Assembly (NCBI RefSeq): GCF_006345805.1
Contig: NC_043005.1
Span: 5,518,001 to 5,582,000, forward strand
Reading direction: 5' to 3'
DNA from: Octopus sinensis
Taxonomy: Eukaryota
Length of the DNA: 64,000 nt
Positions 63,357 through 64,000 of this stretch are shown here, one piece after another. The translations under genes and the position numbers were made by a program. The notes under the pieces were generated by a model, which saw only the letters and a list, made by a program, of their open reading frames with translations, was not told where the DNA came from and did no database searches. Every line of letters starts with the position of its first letter. Position 1 is the stretch's first letter.

Positions 63357-64000
63357 CTAGCAGAGGCATCCGGTGTTGCCTGGGAATTAAATTTTTCCTT
63401 ATATATTGGAAGAAAAATGCAAAATATGCTGTACAGAAATTTGTTATTCTAAATTGAATTTATTCTTCAATTGAGAAATCAATTCTGAATTCATAATATA
63501 AAAATAATAATAACTATAAAAAATAAAAAATCTTATCACATGCACTGCATTGTTCTGGAATGCAACCAACTCTGTGATGTCATAATTTGTCGTTTGCTAT
63601 GTCTCTTGAAGTTAAGTCACTAATTTAACAGTCTGTTTTTGGCAGTCCAGAGCCAGACACTTGTGAATTTTTGCCTCCCATGGCCAAAACTTGATCCTCA
63701 GTTTCAATCAGTGCTTGATTAAAAATTGCTTCAGAGAAGTGAATATTGACATCTGGGTTTGCCTGTTGAACTGCATACTTTAAGTCCTCGGCCATGTCCT
63801 CATGATGTTTTATCCAAAGCTGTAGGGGACTGCCAGGTTGACACATGTTCAGTATAATTGCAAAAAGGTTATGGAATTTCCTTGGAGAATCTGATACTGA
63901 TGCTTCAGTCAATGCAAGGTCCCAATGCTTATCATTTTCTGAAAAATCTTGTTGATAGCATGCTTCCCTATAAATTTCACACACATAACCATTTACCCTC
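63357..64000 (-). mobile_element. Helitron: RepHel fragment plus 3' terminus
   Basis: ORF 63625-63984 CEIYREAC…HWDLALTEA…LFAIILNMCQPGSPLQLW. Minus-strand end CCCAGGCAACACCGG…CTAG|T at 63357. Confidence 0.85.

Overview
AT-rich, microsatellite-dense animal genomic DNA. The SINE repertoire and RTE-type (GAT)n-tailed repeats point to a cephalopod, most likely Octopus (recognition, not a database result). One clear gene: a CpG-rich ankyrin-repeat ORF in a single ~1.3-kb exon (+, ~25.68-26.98 kb) behind a promoter-like region. There are also tentative small exons of a minus-strand gene (3.4 kb) and of a plus-strand transcript (33-56 kb). The rest is a transposon graveyard: about nine Tc1/mariner relics (DD34E, DD34D, DD37D, DD41D-like, one DD46D), two hAT relics (ZMYM1/DUF4371-like and Tol2-like, each with an inverted segment), Ty3/gypsy pol, CR1/L2-type and RTE LINEs, Penelope-like, Helitron, MITEs and at least four SINE families, often nested. 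Most notable: a SINE and a LINE sharing a 3' stem-loop with compensatory base changes; an inverted templated insertion in a mariner copied from the neighbouring gypsy integrase; several long palindromes; a MITE carrying TTAGGG-like repeats; SINE microsatellites acting as insertion landing pads. I found no convincing new multi-gene system. Repeat coordinates were read by eye and are approximate unless a TSD or TIR is quoted.
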